This document shows positions 35,863 to 43,746 of a stretch of DNA of 64,000 nucleotides, piece after piece (position 1 is the first letter of the stretch; each line of letters begins with the position of its first letter). This stretch comes from an uncultured Armatimonadia bacterium (GTDB taxonomy: Bacteria; Armatimonadota; Zipacnadia; Zipacnadales; UBA5352), in the NCBI GenBank assembly GCA_964617715.1, contig CAZTZN010000004.1, forward strand, positions 5,639 to 69,638. The letters are read 5' to 3'. The translations under genes were made by a program, and so were the position numbers. The notes under the pieces are model-generated. The model was not told the DNA's origin, did not search any database, and worked only from the letters and a program-made list of their open reading frames with translations.

Positions 35863-36540
35863 ATGTCGCAGAACGTACCTGCACGCCCCACCCGCGCATG
35901 GCCCGATCGTCGGCGGCTGACCCTCTGGCTGGCGATTGCCCTCGGGGCGCTGGCGCTGATCGCACTGTGCATCGTGTTCGTGGATGAGCCCGTGGCGCAG
36001 GCCAAGCCTGCGTGGCTCAACAGCATCGGCGTCGAGGTGGTCGAAACTCTCGGCTACTGGGCGGGAGGATGGCCGTTGGCGCCGTCGCTGCTGGCGGTGG
36101 CACTGATCTACGCCGGAGTGCGCTGGCGCCGGCTGCTGCTGAGCTTCGTGGTGGCCTATCTGATGCGCACGGCGGCGGTGGAATCGCTGAAGTGGCTCAC
36201 GGGCCGCCCGCGCCCCCGGCAGATGGATGGCGTGTCGGCGTTCTACGGCCCCAGCGCCGAGTTTCACTCGTTCCCCTCGGGGCACGCCGCCTTCGGCTTC
36301 ATGTTCGCGGTGCTGCTCTCCGCCTACTTCCCGCGCTATCGCTGGTTGTGGTACGCGGGCGCCGTGCTCATCTGCGTCGCGCGGGTGACCTGCGACGCGC
36401 ACTTCGTGTCCGACGTGATCCTCGGCGGGGTGATCGGTGCGCTCGTCGCGCTGCTGGTACTGCGCCGGTGGCCGCCCGACGCGCCGGTCGGCGTCGAGTC
36501 ATCTCGTTTCGCCGGGCACGCCCCTGAGCCCACGCGCTGA
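35863..36540 (+). CDS. PAP2-family membrane phosphatase, 225 aa
   Basis: Motifs KWLTGRPRP (KX6RP), PSGH and ARVTCDAHFVSDV (SRX5HX3D-like). Five to six TM segments. ATG at 35863 inside the longer track ORF 35449..36540. Confidence 0.8.
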   Translation: MSQNVPARPTRAWPDRRRLTLWLAIALGALALIALCIVFVDEPVAQAKPAWLNSIGVEVVETLGYWAGGWPLAPSLLAVALIYAGVRWRRLLLSFVVAYLMRTAAVESLKWLTGRPRPRQMDGVSAFYGPSAEFHSFPSGHAAFGFMFAVLLSAYFPRYRWLWYAGAVLICVARVTCDAHFVSDVILGGVIGALVALLVLRRWPPDAPVGVESSRFAGHAPEPTR

Positions 36541-36630
36541 TCGTGGGCTCGCCCCGGGCGGAGGTCGGGCGACCGGCCTCGTGGAAGGCCTTTGTGGTCG
36601 CCTACCGCAACGTGATGGGGGAGCCCGCCC

Positions 36631-38382
36631 ATGATATACGTCATGGTGTCGATCCTCGCCGCCCTGCTTGTGTTCGTGTGGGTCGAGCCGGCCGACGCGC
36701 AGTCGGCCGACAGGCCCGTCTTTACCCCCCTGGGCGAGGCCACGCGTGATTACGATTTCGGCTCCCTGACCAGGCTGCCCGATGGCCGCCTGTTCACCTG
36801 GTGGGCGGTGGGGAAGAGGTGGCTCAACGAGGAGGACATCGCCGATCCCGACATCCCCCAGCAGGCGTTGTGCCGATGGTCGGACGACGATGGCCGCACC
36901 TGGTCGAGCAAGCAGCTGCTCTTCGAGTTCCCGCGTGTGATCGGTGAGCGTCTGGATGGCCTGACCATGGTGGACAGCGAGGGCGTGCTGCGTATCTTCG
37001 GCATGAATCACCTCGCGCTCAACGTGCAGACCATGGCTCCGGAGGATCAGGACCGCGACATCTGGCAGTCGGTGTCGCGCGACATGGGGCGCACCTGGTC
37101 GCCCTGCGCCGAGATCGACTACGGCCACAGCACGGTCGGATGGCTGAACAACGTCACTGAGCTGTCTGATGGCCGTATCGTGCTGCCCCTAGCCTATCTG
37201 TCGGCCCGCGAAACCGGCAAGTGGATAGCCACCTGCATCTACTCCGATGACCGGGGCGACACGTGGCGGCACAGCAGATCACATCTGGTGGTGGACTCCG
37301 GGCGCGGGGACCTCGAATCGGGCGCCTGCGAGCCGGTGGTCATCGAACTTGAGCCCGGGCGGCTGTGGATGCTCATCCGCACACAGACCGGCTGGTTGTA
37401 CGAGGCGTTCTCGGACGACGGCGGCGAGACCTGGTCGGCGCCGCTGCAGTCGCGCTTCAAGAGCACCAACTCACCGGCGGGCGTGTTCAAGCTCGACGAC
37501 GGCCGCATCGTGCTGATGTGGAACAACTGCACCTTCGGCAATCTCGAGGACTTCCGCGGAGACCGTTCGGTAGTCGCGGCGGCGATCAGCGCCGATCAGG
37601 GCATAACCTGGCACGGCTACCGGGAGATCGCGCGCGCGGTGAGCACGTGGGCGCTGGCCTACCCCTTCGCCGCGCAGACCAACCGGGGCGACATCATTAC
37701 CTACCTGCAGTTCGGCAGCCACCGCCTTCCCCCCTTCGATCCCGACTGGCTGATGGAGGTCGCCGACGCCGACGACTTCGCGAACGGCATGGATCTGTGG
37801 TCGGTGGCCGGCGCCGAGGGCGTCACGGTCGAGGAGCTGCCCGATGCGACCGGTGGGCGCGCCCTGGTCATGCGCAAGACCGCTCGCGAACGCCGGGCGG
37901 CGGTGTCGCGCAACTTCCCCTTCGGCGCGCGCGGGCGCGTTGAGCTGCGCCTGCGTCCGGTCGAGGGCTGGGGCGGGGCGTCGATCACGCTTACCGACGT
38001 CTACTCTCTCCCGCCGTTTGACCGTCCGGGCAGCTTCCGCGTTGAGATACTGGCGGACGGCACGCTGATCGCGGTGCAGCCCAACGGGGCGTCGGCTCCC
38101 GTCGCGACGGCGCCGGTGGGCGAGTGGTTCACGCTGGCCTTCGAGTGGGACTGCGCTCGACATCGTTGCGCGCTGATGCTCGACGGCACGCAGGTCGGTC
38201 GGCTGTGGCAGTTGCCGGCCCCGGACCTGGCCAAGTACCCCTCGAACGCGGCGAGCGGGCAGGCGACGTCCTACGCCCCCGGGATCTGCTACGTCCGGCT
38301 GCGGTTGAGCGCCGAGGAGACCGACGAGGCGGGGCTGGTGGTGGATCGGTTCGCGGCCGCGGTGAGCGCCGACCGGGACTGA
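36631..38382 (+). CDS. Secreted BNR-repeat (sialidase-like) beta-propeller protein with a C-terminal concanavalin/LamG-like domain, 583 aa
   Basis: Signal peptide. Five Asp-box (BNR) motifs: SDDDGRTW, SRDMGRTW, SDDRGDTW, SDDGGETW, SADQGITW. C-terminal block ...GEWFTLAFEWDCARHRCALMLDG. Confidence 0.75.
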   Translation: MIYVMVSILAALLVFVWVEPADAQSADRPVFTPLGEATRDYDFGSLTRLPDGRLFTWWAVGKRWLNEEDIADPDIPQQALCRWSDDDGRTWSSKQLLFEFPRVIGERLDGLTMVDSEGVLRIFGMNHLALNVQTMAPEDQDRDIWQSVSRDMGRTWSPCAEIDYGHSTVGWLNNVTELSDGRIVLPLAYLSARETGKWIATCIYSDDRGDTWRHSRSHLVVDSGRGDLESGACEPVVIELEPGRLWMLIRTQTGWLYEAFSDDGGETWSAPLQSRFKSTNSPAGVFKLDDGRIVLMWNNCTFGNLEDFRGDRSVVAAAISADQGITWHGYREIARAVSTWALAYPFAAQTNRGDIITYLQFGSHRLPPFDPDWLMEVADADDFANGMDLWSVAGAEGVTVEELPDATGGRALVMRKTARERRAAVSRNFPFGARGRVELRLRPVEGWGGASITLTDVYSLPPFDRPGSFRVEILADGTLIAVQPNGASAPVATAPVGEWFTLAFEWDCARHRCALMLDGTQVGRLWQLPAPDLAKYPSNAASGQATSYAPGICYVRLRLSAEETDEAGLVVDRFAAAVSADRD

Positions 38383-38410
38383 TGGCGAGCCGCGCTTGCG
38401 GCCGCGCGTG

Positions 38411-39142
38411 TCAGTAGGCGTAGAGCTTGCCGTAGGGCCGGGCGCTGCGCGGGTAGAGCTTGACGAACTCGTCGGGGGAGAACCGCTCCGGATCGGCGTC
38501 GAACCTTCGGCACCAGTGCGCGATGATTTCCGCGAGCGCACTCCACTCGGCCTCGCCGACGCGGCCGATGCCCACCTCGGCGCCGAGTTGGTGGTCCGCG
38601 ACGTGGCCCCGGATGAACATGGCGCCCCCATGCATCCCCGTGCCGCAGTAGCGGCCGACCGGGGAGCCGTCCGCATTGCCGTGATTGAGCACCACAATGA
38701 CCCCGCCCGCCATGTACTCGCCGAGGTAGTCGCCGGCGGTGGTGCCCACGACCATGACCGGCAGCTTGCTGTCGTAGGCCTTGCAGTGGATGCCGCAGCG
38801 GTATCCCACCTGCCCGCGTACCAGGATCATCCCGCCGCGCATGGAATGCCCGAGGATGTCGCCTGCGTCGCCGCCGACCACGATACGCCCCGCGTTCATG
38901 GTGTTGCCCACGCCATCCTGGACGTTGCCGTTGACGGTGATCCCGGCTCCGTCCATGAACGCCGCGAGGTCGTTGCCCGGAGTCCCGTTGATAGCGATGG
39001 TCACCCCGGCGCGCAGTCCCGCGCCGATGTAGCGCTGGCCCAGCACGTTGTCGAGCACGAACTCGCGCTCGCCGGCCTCGACGGCGGCGTGGATGCGCTC
39101 GTTCAACTCGCGGTAGTGCAGTCCGTGTGCGTCGATCTTCAT
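38411..39142 (-). CDS. Glutamate synthase GXGXG (GltB C-terminal) domain protein, archaeal split type, 243 aa
   Basis: Repeated G-rich beta-helix motifs: GAGLRAGVTIAINGTPGNDLAAFMDGAGITVNGNVQDGVGN...GGMILVRG...GGVIVVLN. Start ATG overlaps the stop of the upstream gene (ATGA at 39139-39142). Confidence 0.8.
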   Translation of the reverse strand: MKIDAHGLHYRELNERIHAAVEAGEREFVLDNVLGQRYIGAGLRAGVTIAINGTPGNDLAAFMDGAGITVNGNVQDGVGNTMNAGRIVVGGDAGDILGHSMRGGMILVRGQVGYRCGIHCKAYDSKLPVMVVGTTAGDYLGEYMAGGVIVVLNHGNADGSPVGRYCGTGMHGGAMFIRGHVADHQLGAEVGIGRVGEAEWSALAEIIAHWCRRFDADPERFSPDEFVKLYPRSARPYGKLYAY

Positions 39143-40431
39143 ACCTCAATCCCCTGGCCGGAGACGATGTGCTTGCGGTACTCGGCAGGCAGTGAGATCA
39201 GCCCGAACTCCTCGGTGAGCAGCATGTGCTTGATGTCCGACACGTCAAGCCGCCGGCGGATCAGGCCGGTGATGATGCCCGCGCGGTCGATATCATTCAC
39301 GAACACCGCGCCCACGATGCGGTTGCCGCGCAGCACCACCTTGCGGTAGGTGAAGCTCGCCTCGTCGAGGTCCACGAGTTGCTCGCAGCCCTCGTCCGGC
39401 GGTTCGGTGACGCCGACGGAGATGGTGGGCAGATCGACCACGGTCACCGCGTTCATGACCAGGCCGCCGTCGAAGTGCTCATCGCCGCCCGCCATGTTGC
39501 GCCCCGCGACGGAGCCCTGGCGGAAGGCGTTGGGAAAGATAGCGATGCAGCGCTTCTCCCCCCCGATCAGCTCACGCGCCTGGGCCACGTCGCCGGCGGC
39601 GTAGATGCCCTCGGCCGAGGTGTGCATCCGGTCATCGACGATGATGCCGCGATCGACCTCGATGCCGGTGCCCCCGACGATCGCAGTGTCGGGCAGCACG
39701 CCGATGGCGAAGATGACCAGCCCGCACTCGACCTCGGAGCCATCTGTGAGCCGCGCCCCGGCGACGCGTTCGGCGCGTGTGATGATGCTCGCCACGGTCG
39801 TCCGGCAGCGCACCTGGACGCCGCTGTCGGCCAGGCGCCGCTGGGCCAGCTTCGATGCGGTGTCATCGAAGGTGGCGCTGAGCATGCGCCCCGCCAGCTC
39901 GACCACCGTGGTGCGCACATCTCGCGCGATCAGCGCCTCGACCGACTTGAGGCCGATGAGCCCTCCGCCCACCACGACCGCCGAGTCGATGTCGTGCTCG
40001 TCGATGAAGGCGCCGATGGCTTCGGCATCGTCCCAGGTGGTGAAGGTGAATACGCCGCGCGCGCCCACGCCCTGCACGTCGGCGGGAACGATCGGCCGCC
40101 CACCCACCGCGATGAGCAGCCGCTCGAAGCCGATGGTCCGGCCGTCGCCGGTCGCCACCGTGCGCGCCTGCGGATCGACCCGCGTGACCTCCACGCCGAG
40201 CATCGGGGTCACGCCCATCTGCTCGTACCAGCCCTCCGACCGGTAGCGCATCTGCTTCTCACCGACCTTGCCGCCGAGCAGATAGGTGATCAGCGGGCGC
40301 GAGTAGGTGTGTCGAGGCTCCTTCGCGATGAGGGTGATCGCGCCGTCGCGGTCCTCTGCGCGGATGGCCTCGACCGCGGCGACGGCCGCGACCGAGTTGC
40401 CGACTATCAGATACCTGGTCTCACTCGTCAT
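39139..40431 (-). CDS. FAD-dependent pyridine nucleotide-disulfide (NAD(P)H) oxidoreductase, 430 aa
   Basis: ATG at 40431 (MTSETRYLIVGNSVAAVAAVEAI is the FAD-binding GXGXXG/A region); the track ORF extends to 40623 through Ser/Ala/Arg junk. A second Rossmann VVVGGGLIGLKSVEAL for NAD(P). Motif AAGDVA. Confidence 0.75.
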   Translation of the reverse strand: MTSETRYLIVGNSVAAVAAVEAIRAEDRDGAITLIAKEPRHTYSRPLITYLLGGKVGEKQMRYRSEGWYEQMGVTPMLGVEVTRVDPQARTVATGDGRTIGFERLLIAVGGRPIVPADVQGVGARGVFTFTTWDDAEAIGAFIDEHDIDSAVVVGGGLIGLKSVEALIARDVRTTVVELAGRMLSATFDDTASKLAQRRLADSGVQVRCRTTVASIITRAERVAGARLTDGSEVECGLVIFAIGVLPDTAIVGGTGIEVDRGIIVDDRMHTSAEGIYAAGDVAQARELIGGEKRCIAIFPNAFRQGSVAGRNMAGGDEHFDGGLVMNAVTVVDLPTISVGVTEPPDEGCEQLVDLDEASFTYRKVVLRGNRIVGAVFVNDIDRAGIITGLIRRRLDVSDIKHMLLTEEFGLISLPAEYRKHIVSGQGIEV

Positions 40432-40861
40432 CTTCGAGCACCAGCGCCTCATTCGGGCAGTTGGCGACGCAGGCGGGCAGCTCCTCGCCCAGGCACAGGT
40501 CGCACTTGGACGCGATCTGCTCGCCGCCGCGCTTGATCGCGCCGACCGGGCAGACCATGATGCACATCCAGCAGCCCACGCAGCGATCGGTGTCGCACAG
40601 CACCGCGCCGGTCTCCGGGTCACGATGCATGGCCCCGGTCATGCACGCCTCGATGCATGGCGCATCCGCGCAGTGTCGGCACTGCAGCGCGAACGCGTGG
40701 TAGCCGAGCTGCTCCACCCGCAGCCGCGGCTCGATCAGGTCGCGCTCCTCGCGGAAGGCCTTGATGATCTTCTTCGAGCGCGAGTGCTGCACCAGGCAGT
40801 GCACCTCGCACAGCCGGCAGCCGATGCAGTACTCCTCGTTGATGCGGATGCGCTTCATCAC
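40421..40861 (-). CDS. 4Fe-4S dicluster ferredoxin-domain protein, 146 aa
   Basis: Cys clusters CIGCRLCEVHC, CRHCADAPCIEAC, CVGCWMCIMVCP and CDLCLGEELPACVANCP. Overlaps the start of the oxidoreductase gene by 11 nt. Confidence 0.8.
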   Translation of the reverse strand: MMKRIRINEEYCIGCRLCEVHCLVQHSRSKKIIKAFREERDLIEPRLRVEQLGYHAFALQCRHCADAPCIEACMTGAMHRDPETGAVLCDTDRCVGCWMCIMVCPVGAIKRGGEQIASKCDLCLGEELPACVANCPNEALVLEDDE

Positions 40862-42370
40862 TCACTCCCCCGCGGCGGCGATGCCCAGGATGTCCAGCTC
40901 GCGATCGGTCAGGCCGACGCCACGCAGGTGATCGCGGTTGCCGCGCAGGCTCTCGATGGCATTGATGCCCATCCCGCCCATGATCTCCTTGATCTCGTGC
41001 CCCCAGCTTCGCAGCAGGTTGACCAGCCGGCGCGTGGCGATGTTGGGGTTCAGCCGCCGGGTGAGGTAGGGGTCCTGGGTGGCGATGCCCCAGTTGCATT
41101 TGCCCGTGTAGCACTTCTGGCACAGGTGGCAGCCCATCGCCACCAGCGCCGCCGTGCCGATGTAGACCGCGTCCGCGCCCAGTGCCACCGCCTTGACCAC
41201 GTCGGCGGCGCAGCGGAAGCTGCCGGCTACCACCAGCGAGGCCTCCTGCCGGATGCCCTCCTCGCGCAGCCGGCTGTCCACGGCCGCGAGCGCGAACTCG
41301 ATGGGGATGCCGACATTGTCGCGGATCATGGTGGGCGCCGCGCCGGTGCCGCCGCGGTAGCCGTCGATGGCCACGATGTCGGCGCCCGCGCGCACGCAGC
41401 CCGAGGCGATGGCCGCCACATTGTGCACCGCCGCGATCTTCACCGAGATCGGCTTGCGGTAGCGCGTGGCCTCCTTGATCGCGAAGATGAGCTGGCGCAG
41501 GTCCTCAATCGAGTAGATGTCGTGGTGCGGCGCGGGGGAGAGCGCGTCGGTGCCCTCGGGGATCATGCGCGTGGCCGAGATGGCCGCATCCACCTTCTCG
41601 CCCGGAAGGTGCCCGCCGATGCCCGGCTTGGCGCCCTGGCCGATCTTTATCTCGACCGCCGCCGCTGAGTCGAGGTACGCCACATCCACGCCGAAGCGTC
41701 CCGAGGCCACCTGCACGATCATGTTGTCGGCGAACTCGCGCAGGCTCTCGTGCAGGCCCCCCTCCCCGGTGTTGGCGTAGGTGCCGACCTCGCGCGCCGC
41801 CCGTGCCAGCGCCTCCGAGGCGTGATAGCTGATCGAGCCGTAGCTCATTGCCGAGAACATCACCGGTATCTGCAGTTCAAGCTGGGGCGGGATCTGCGCC
41901 TGCAGGTCCGGCTGGGCGCCGGCGAAGTCGAGCCGCCCGGGTTTGCGTCCCAGCCGGGTGAGCAGCTCCATGGGCTCGCGCAGCGGGTCGATCGAGGGGT
42001 TGGTCACCTGACTGGCGTTGAGCAACATGCGATCCCAGTAGACCGGCAGCGGCCGGTCGTTGCCCATGCCGGTGAGCAGCACGCCGCCATCCTCGGCCTG
42101 CCGATAGAGGTTGCGGATGATCTCCGGCGTCCAGTTGGCGTTGGCGCGGAACTCAAGCTGGGCCGCGCGGATCGAGATGGCCTGCGTCGGGCACAGCGAG
42201 GCGCAACGGTGGCAGCCCACGCAGCGAGTCGCGTCGCTGAACACCTGCTGCAGGTCGGCGTCGAACTCGTGCACATCGTTGGCGCACTGGCGCACGCACA
42301 CCTCGCACTCGATGCAGCGCTCGGGATCGCGCTCGATCAGGAAGTCAGGTTGGACGAGCCACTTGCGCAC
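40862..42370 (-). CDS. Glutamate synthase FMN-binding catalytic domain (GltB domain 2) with N-terminal 2x[4Fe-4S] ferredoxin, archaeal split type, 502 aa
   Basis: N-terminus CIECEVCVRQC...CVGCHRCASLCP. Core motifs GEGG, IKIGQGAKPGIGGHLPG, SPAPHHDIYSIEDL, DGYRGGTGAAP. C-terminal Cys cluster CHLCQKCYTGKC. Confidence 0.85.
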   Translation of the reverse strand: MRKWLVQPDFLIERDPERCIECEVCVRQCANDVHEFDADLQQVFSDATRCVGCHRCASLCPTQAISIRAAQLEFRANANWTPEIIRNLYRQAEDGGVLLTGMGNDRPLPVYWDRMLLNASQVTNPSIDPLREPMELLTRLGRKPGRLDFAGAQPDLQAQIPPQLELQIPVMFSAMSYGSISYHASEALARAAREVGTYANTGEGGLHESLREFADNMIVQVASGRFGVDVAYLDSAAAVEIKIGQGAKPGIGGHLPGEKVDAAISATRMIPEGTDALSPAPHHDIYSIEDLRQLIFAIKEATRYRKPISVKIAAVHNVAAIASGCVRAGADIVAIDGYRGGTGAAPTMIRDNVGIPIEFALAAVDSRLREEGIRQEASLVVAGSFRCAADVVKAVALGADAVYIGTAALVAMGCHLCQKCYTGKCNWGIATQDPYLTRRLNPNIATRRLVNLLRSWGHEIKEIMGGMGINAIESLRGNRDHLRGVGLTDRELDILGIAAAGE

Positions 42371-42407
42371 TGCGGGTCTCTCCCGGGAAGCTGGGTTGGT
42401 GTCTCGC

Positions 42408-43511
42408 TCAGCCGGCCGCGACCTCGGCCCGGAGTCGTCCGACCACCGGCTCGCCCCCTTCGGGGCGCCAGACCAGCTCGGGGTCGGGGCACACCACTCG
42501 AATCGCCGCCTCCTCCGAGGCGAGGTAGAGCACGTCGCCGGCCCGCGCCGCGACCTGCGGGCGCAGCTTGATGCGGTCGGAGAAGCCGATCATGCGCCCC
42601 GTCGAACCCACCACGATCGCGAAGGGGCCGTTGAGCAACGCGCCGCCGTAGACCGTGCGGATGGCCTGCGCCTGCGCCTGTCGCTCCGGCGGCATGCGCT
42701 CGATCTCCTCCCAGAACGGCGGCGCCATGGCCGTGAAGGCCGCCTCGGGCGGCAGCCCATGCTTGCGCATAAGCAGGTCGAACAGGTAAGCGATGACCTC
42801 GGTATCGGTCTGCAGCGTGCAGTCGTAGCCGAAGTTCTTGAGATAGCGCTTGTTGATCCCGTAGGACGAGATCTCGCCGTTGTGTACGATGGCCCAGTCG
42901 AGCAGTGCGAACGGGTGCGCTCCGCCCCACCAGCCGGTGGTGTTGGTGGGGAAGCGGCCGTGGGCGATCCAGGTGTAGGCATCGTATTCGTCGAGGCGGA
43001 AGAACTCGCCGATGTCCTCGGGATAGCCCACGCCCTTGAATACGCCCATGTTGCGGCCACTGGAGAACACGAAGGCGTCCTCGACCGCCGCGTTGATGTG
43101 CATGTGCAGCGCGACGATGAGGTCGTCCTCGTCGAGGTGCCGCGCGGCGGCCAGGTCGTCGGGGTGGATGTTCACGAAGTAGCGGTGCAGGATCGGCTCG
43201 CCGCCGACGGCCGCCACCGGGCGCGTGGGGATGGGCTCAGCGTGATGGACCAGGCAGCGCTGCTCCAGCAGCGCCTCGGTCGCCGCCCGGGCCGCCGGCG
43301 TCTCGAACATCAGGTGCAGAGCGTAGCTGTCGGCGCGTTCGGGGTAGATGCCGTAGGCCGCGAAGCCTCCGCCCAGGCCGTTGGAGCGCTCGTGCATGTT
43401 GGCGACGGCGCGGATGATGGTGTCGCCTGAGAAGCGTCGGCCGCTCTCATCCATGATGCCTACGATGGCGCACGCGCCGATGTCTTTGAAGGGCAGACTC
43501 CTGGATCCCAT
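42408..43511 (-). CDS. Class-II glutamine amidotransferase domain protein (GltB domain 1 homolog), 367 aa
   Basis: CAIVGI appears after a 13-residue leader MGSRSLPFKDIGA; the conserved RGLGG-type block is NGLGGGFAAYGIY. No start codon immediately precedes the Cys, so a propeptide is inferred. Confidence 0.75.
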   Translation of the reverse strand: MGSRSLPFKDIGACAIVGIMDESGRRFSGDTIIRAVANMHERSNGLGGGFAAYGIYPERADSYALHLMFETPAARAATEALLEQRCLVHHAEPIPTRPVAAVGGEPILHRYFVNIHPDDLAAARHLDEDDLIVALHMHINAAVEDAFVFSSGRNMGVFKGVGYPEDIGEFFRLDEYDAYTWIAHGRFPTNTTGWWGGAHPFALLDWAIVHNGEISSYGINKRYLKNFGYDCTLQTDTEVIAYLFDLLMRKHGLPPEAAFTAMAPPFWEEIERMPPERQAQAQAIRTVYGGALLNGPFAIVVGSTGRMIGFSDRIKLRPQVAARAGDVLYLASEEAAIRVVCPDPELVWRPEGGEPVVGRLRAEVAAG

Positions 43512-43599
43512 GACCGTGACTCACTTCGCACGCCTCGGGTGGTGTCGCGAACCAGCCGCAAGGCTCTCCGCGGTGCACATTCTCGGCGGAGAGGCAAGA

Positions 43600-43622
43600 C
43601 GGCAGTCGGCAACCGACTGCCG
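43600..43622. terminator. Perfect 10-bp inverted repeat CGGCAGTCGG-caa-CCGACTGCCG between the glnA stop and the GOGAT operon start. Candidate glnA terminator (followed on the minus strand by UCUUGCCUCU) and/or operator.
   Basis: Seen directly in the sequence. 125 nt downstream of the glnA stop and about 90 nt upstream of the GATase start. Confidence 0.4.
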
Positions 43623-43746
43623 ACCCTCATGGGCGCAGCCTACACTACCGGCGCGGCAGTTGTCAAGATCGCCCGGCACTCGGGGGTACGCGCAGCCGGG
43701 CGCAGCGGCGCTGCGCCCGGGGCTCGGCGGCTCGCAAGTTCTTCGC

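Noticed and set aside
38383-38410. GC-rich 28-nt convergent gap between the BNR gene and the GXGXG gene as a bidirectional terminator
   Set aside because: It contains direct GCCGCGC repeats and CGCG palindromes but no clean stem-loop and no U-tract. The evidence is insufficient.
39226-43430. Several 400-450-aa + strand ORFs (39226..40536, 40307..41668, 42111..43430)
   Set aside because: They are antisense to the GOGAT-operon genes, whose glutamate-synthase, ferredoxin and GATase motifs are clear.
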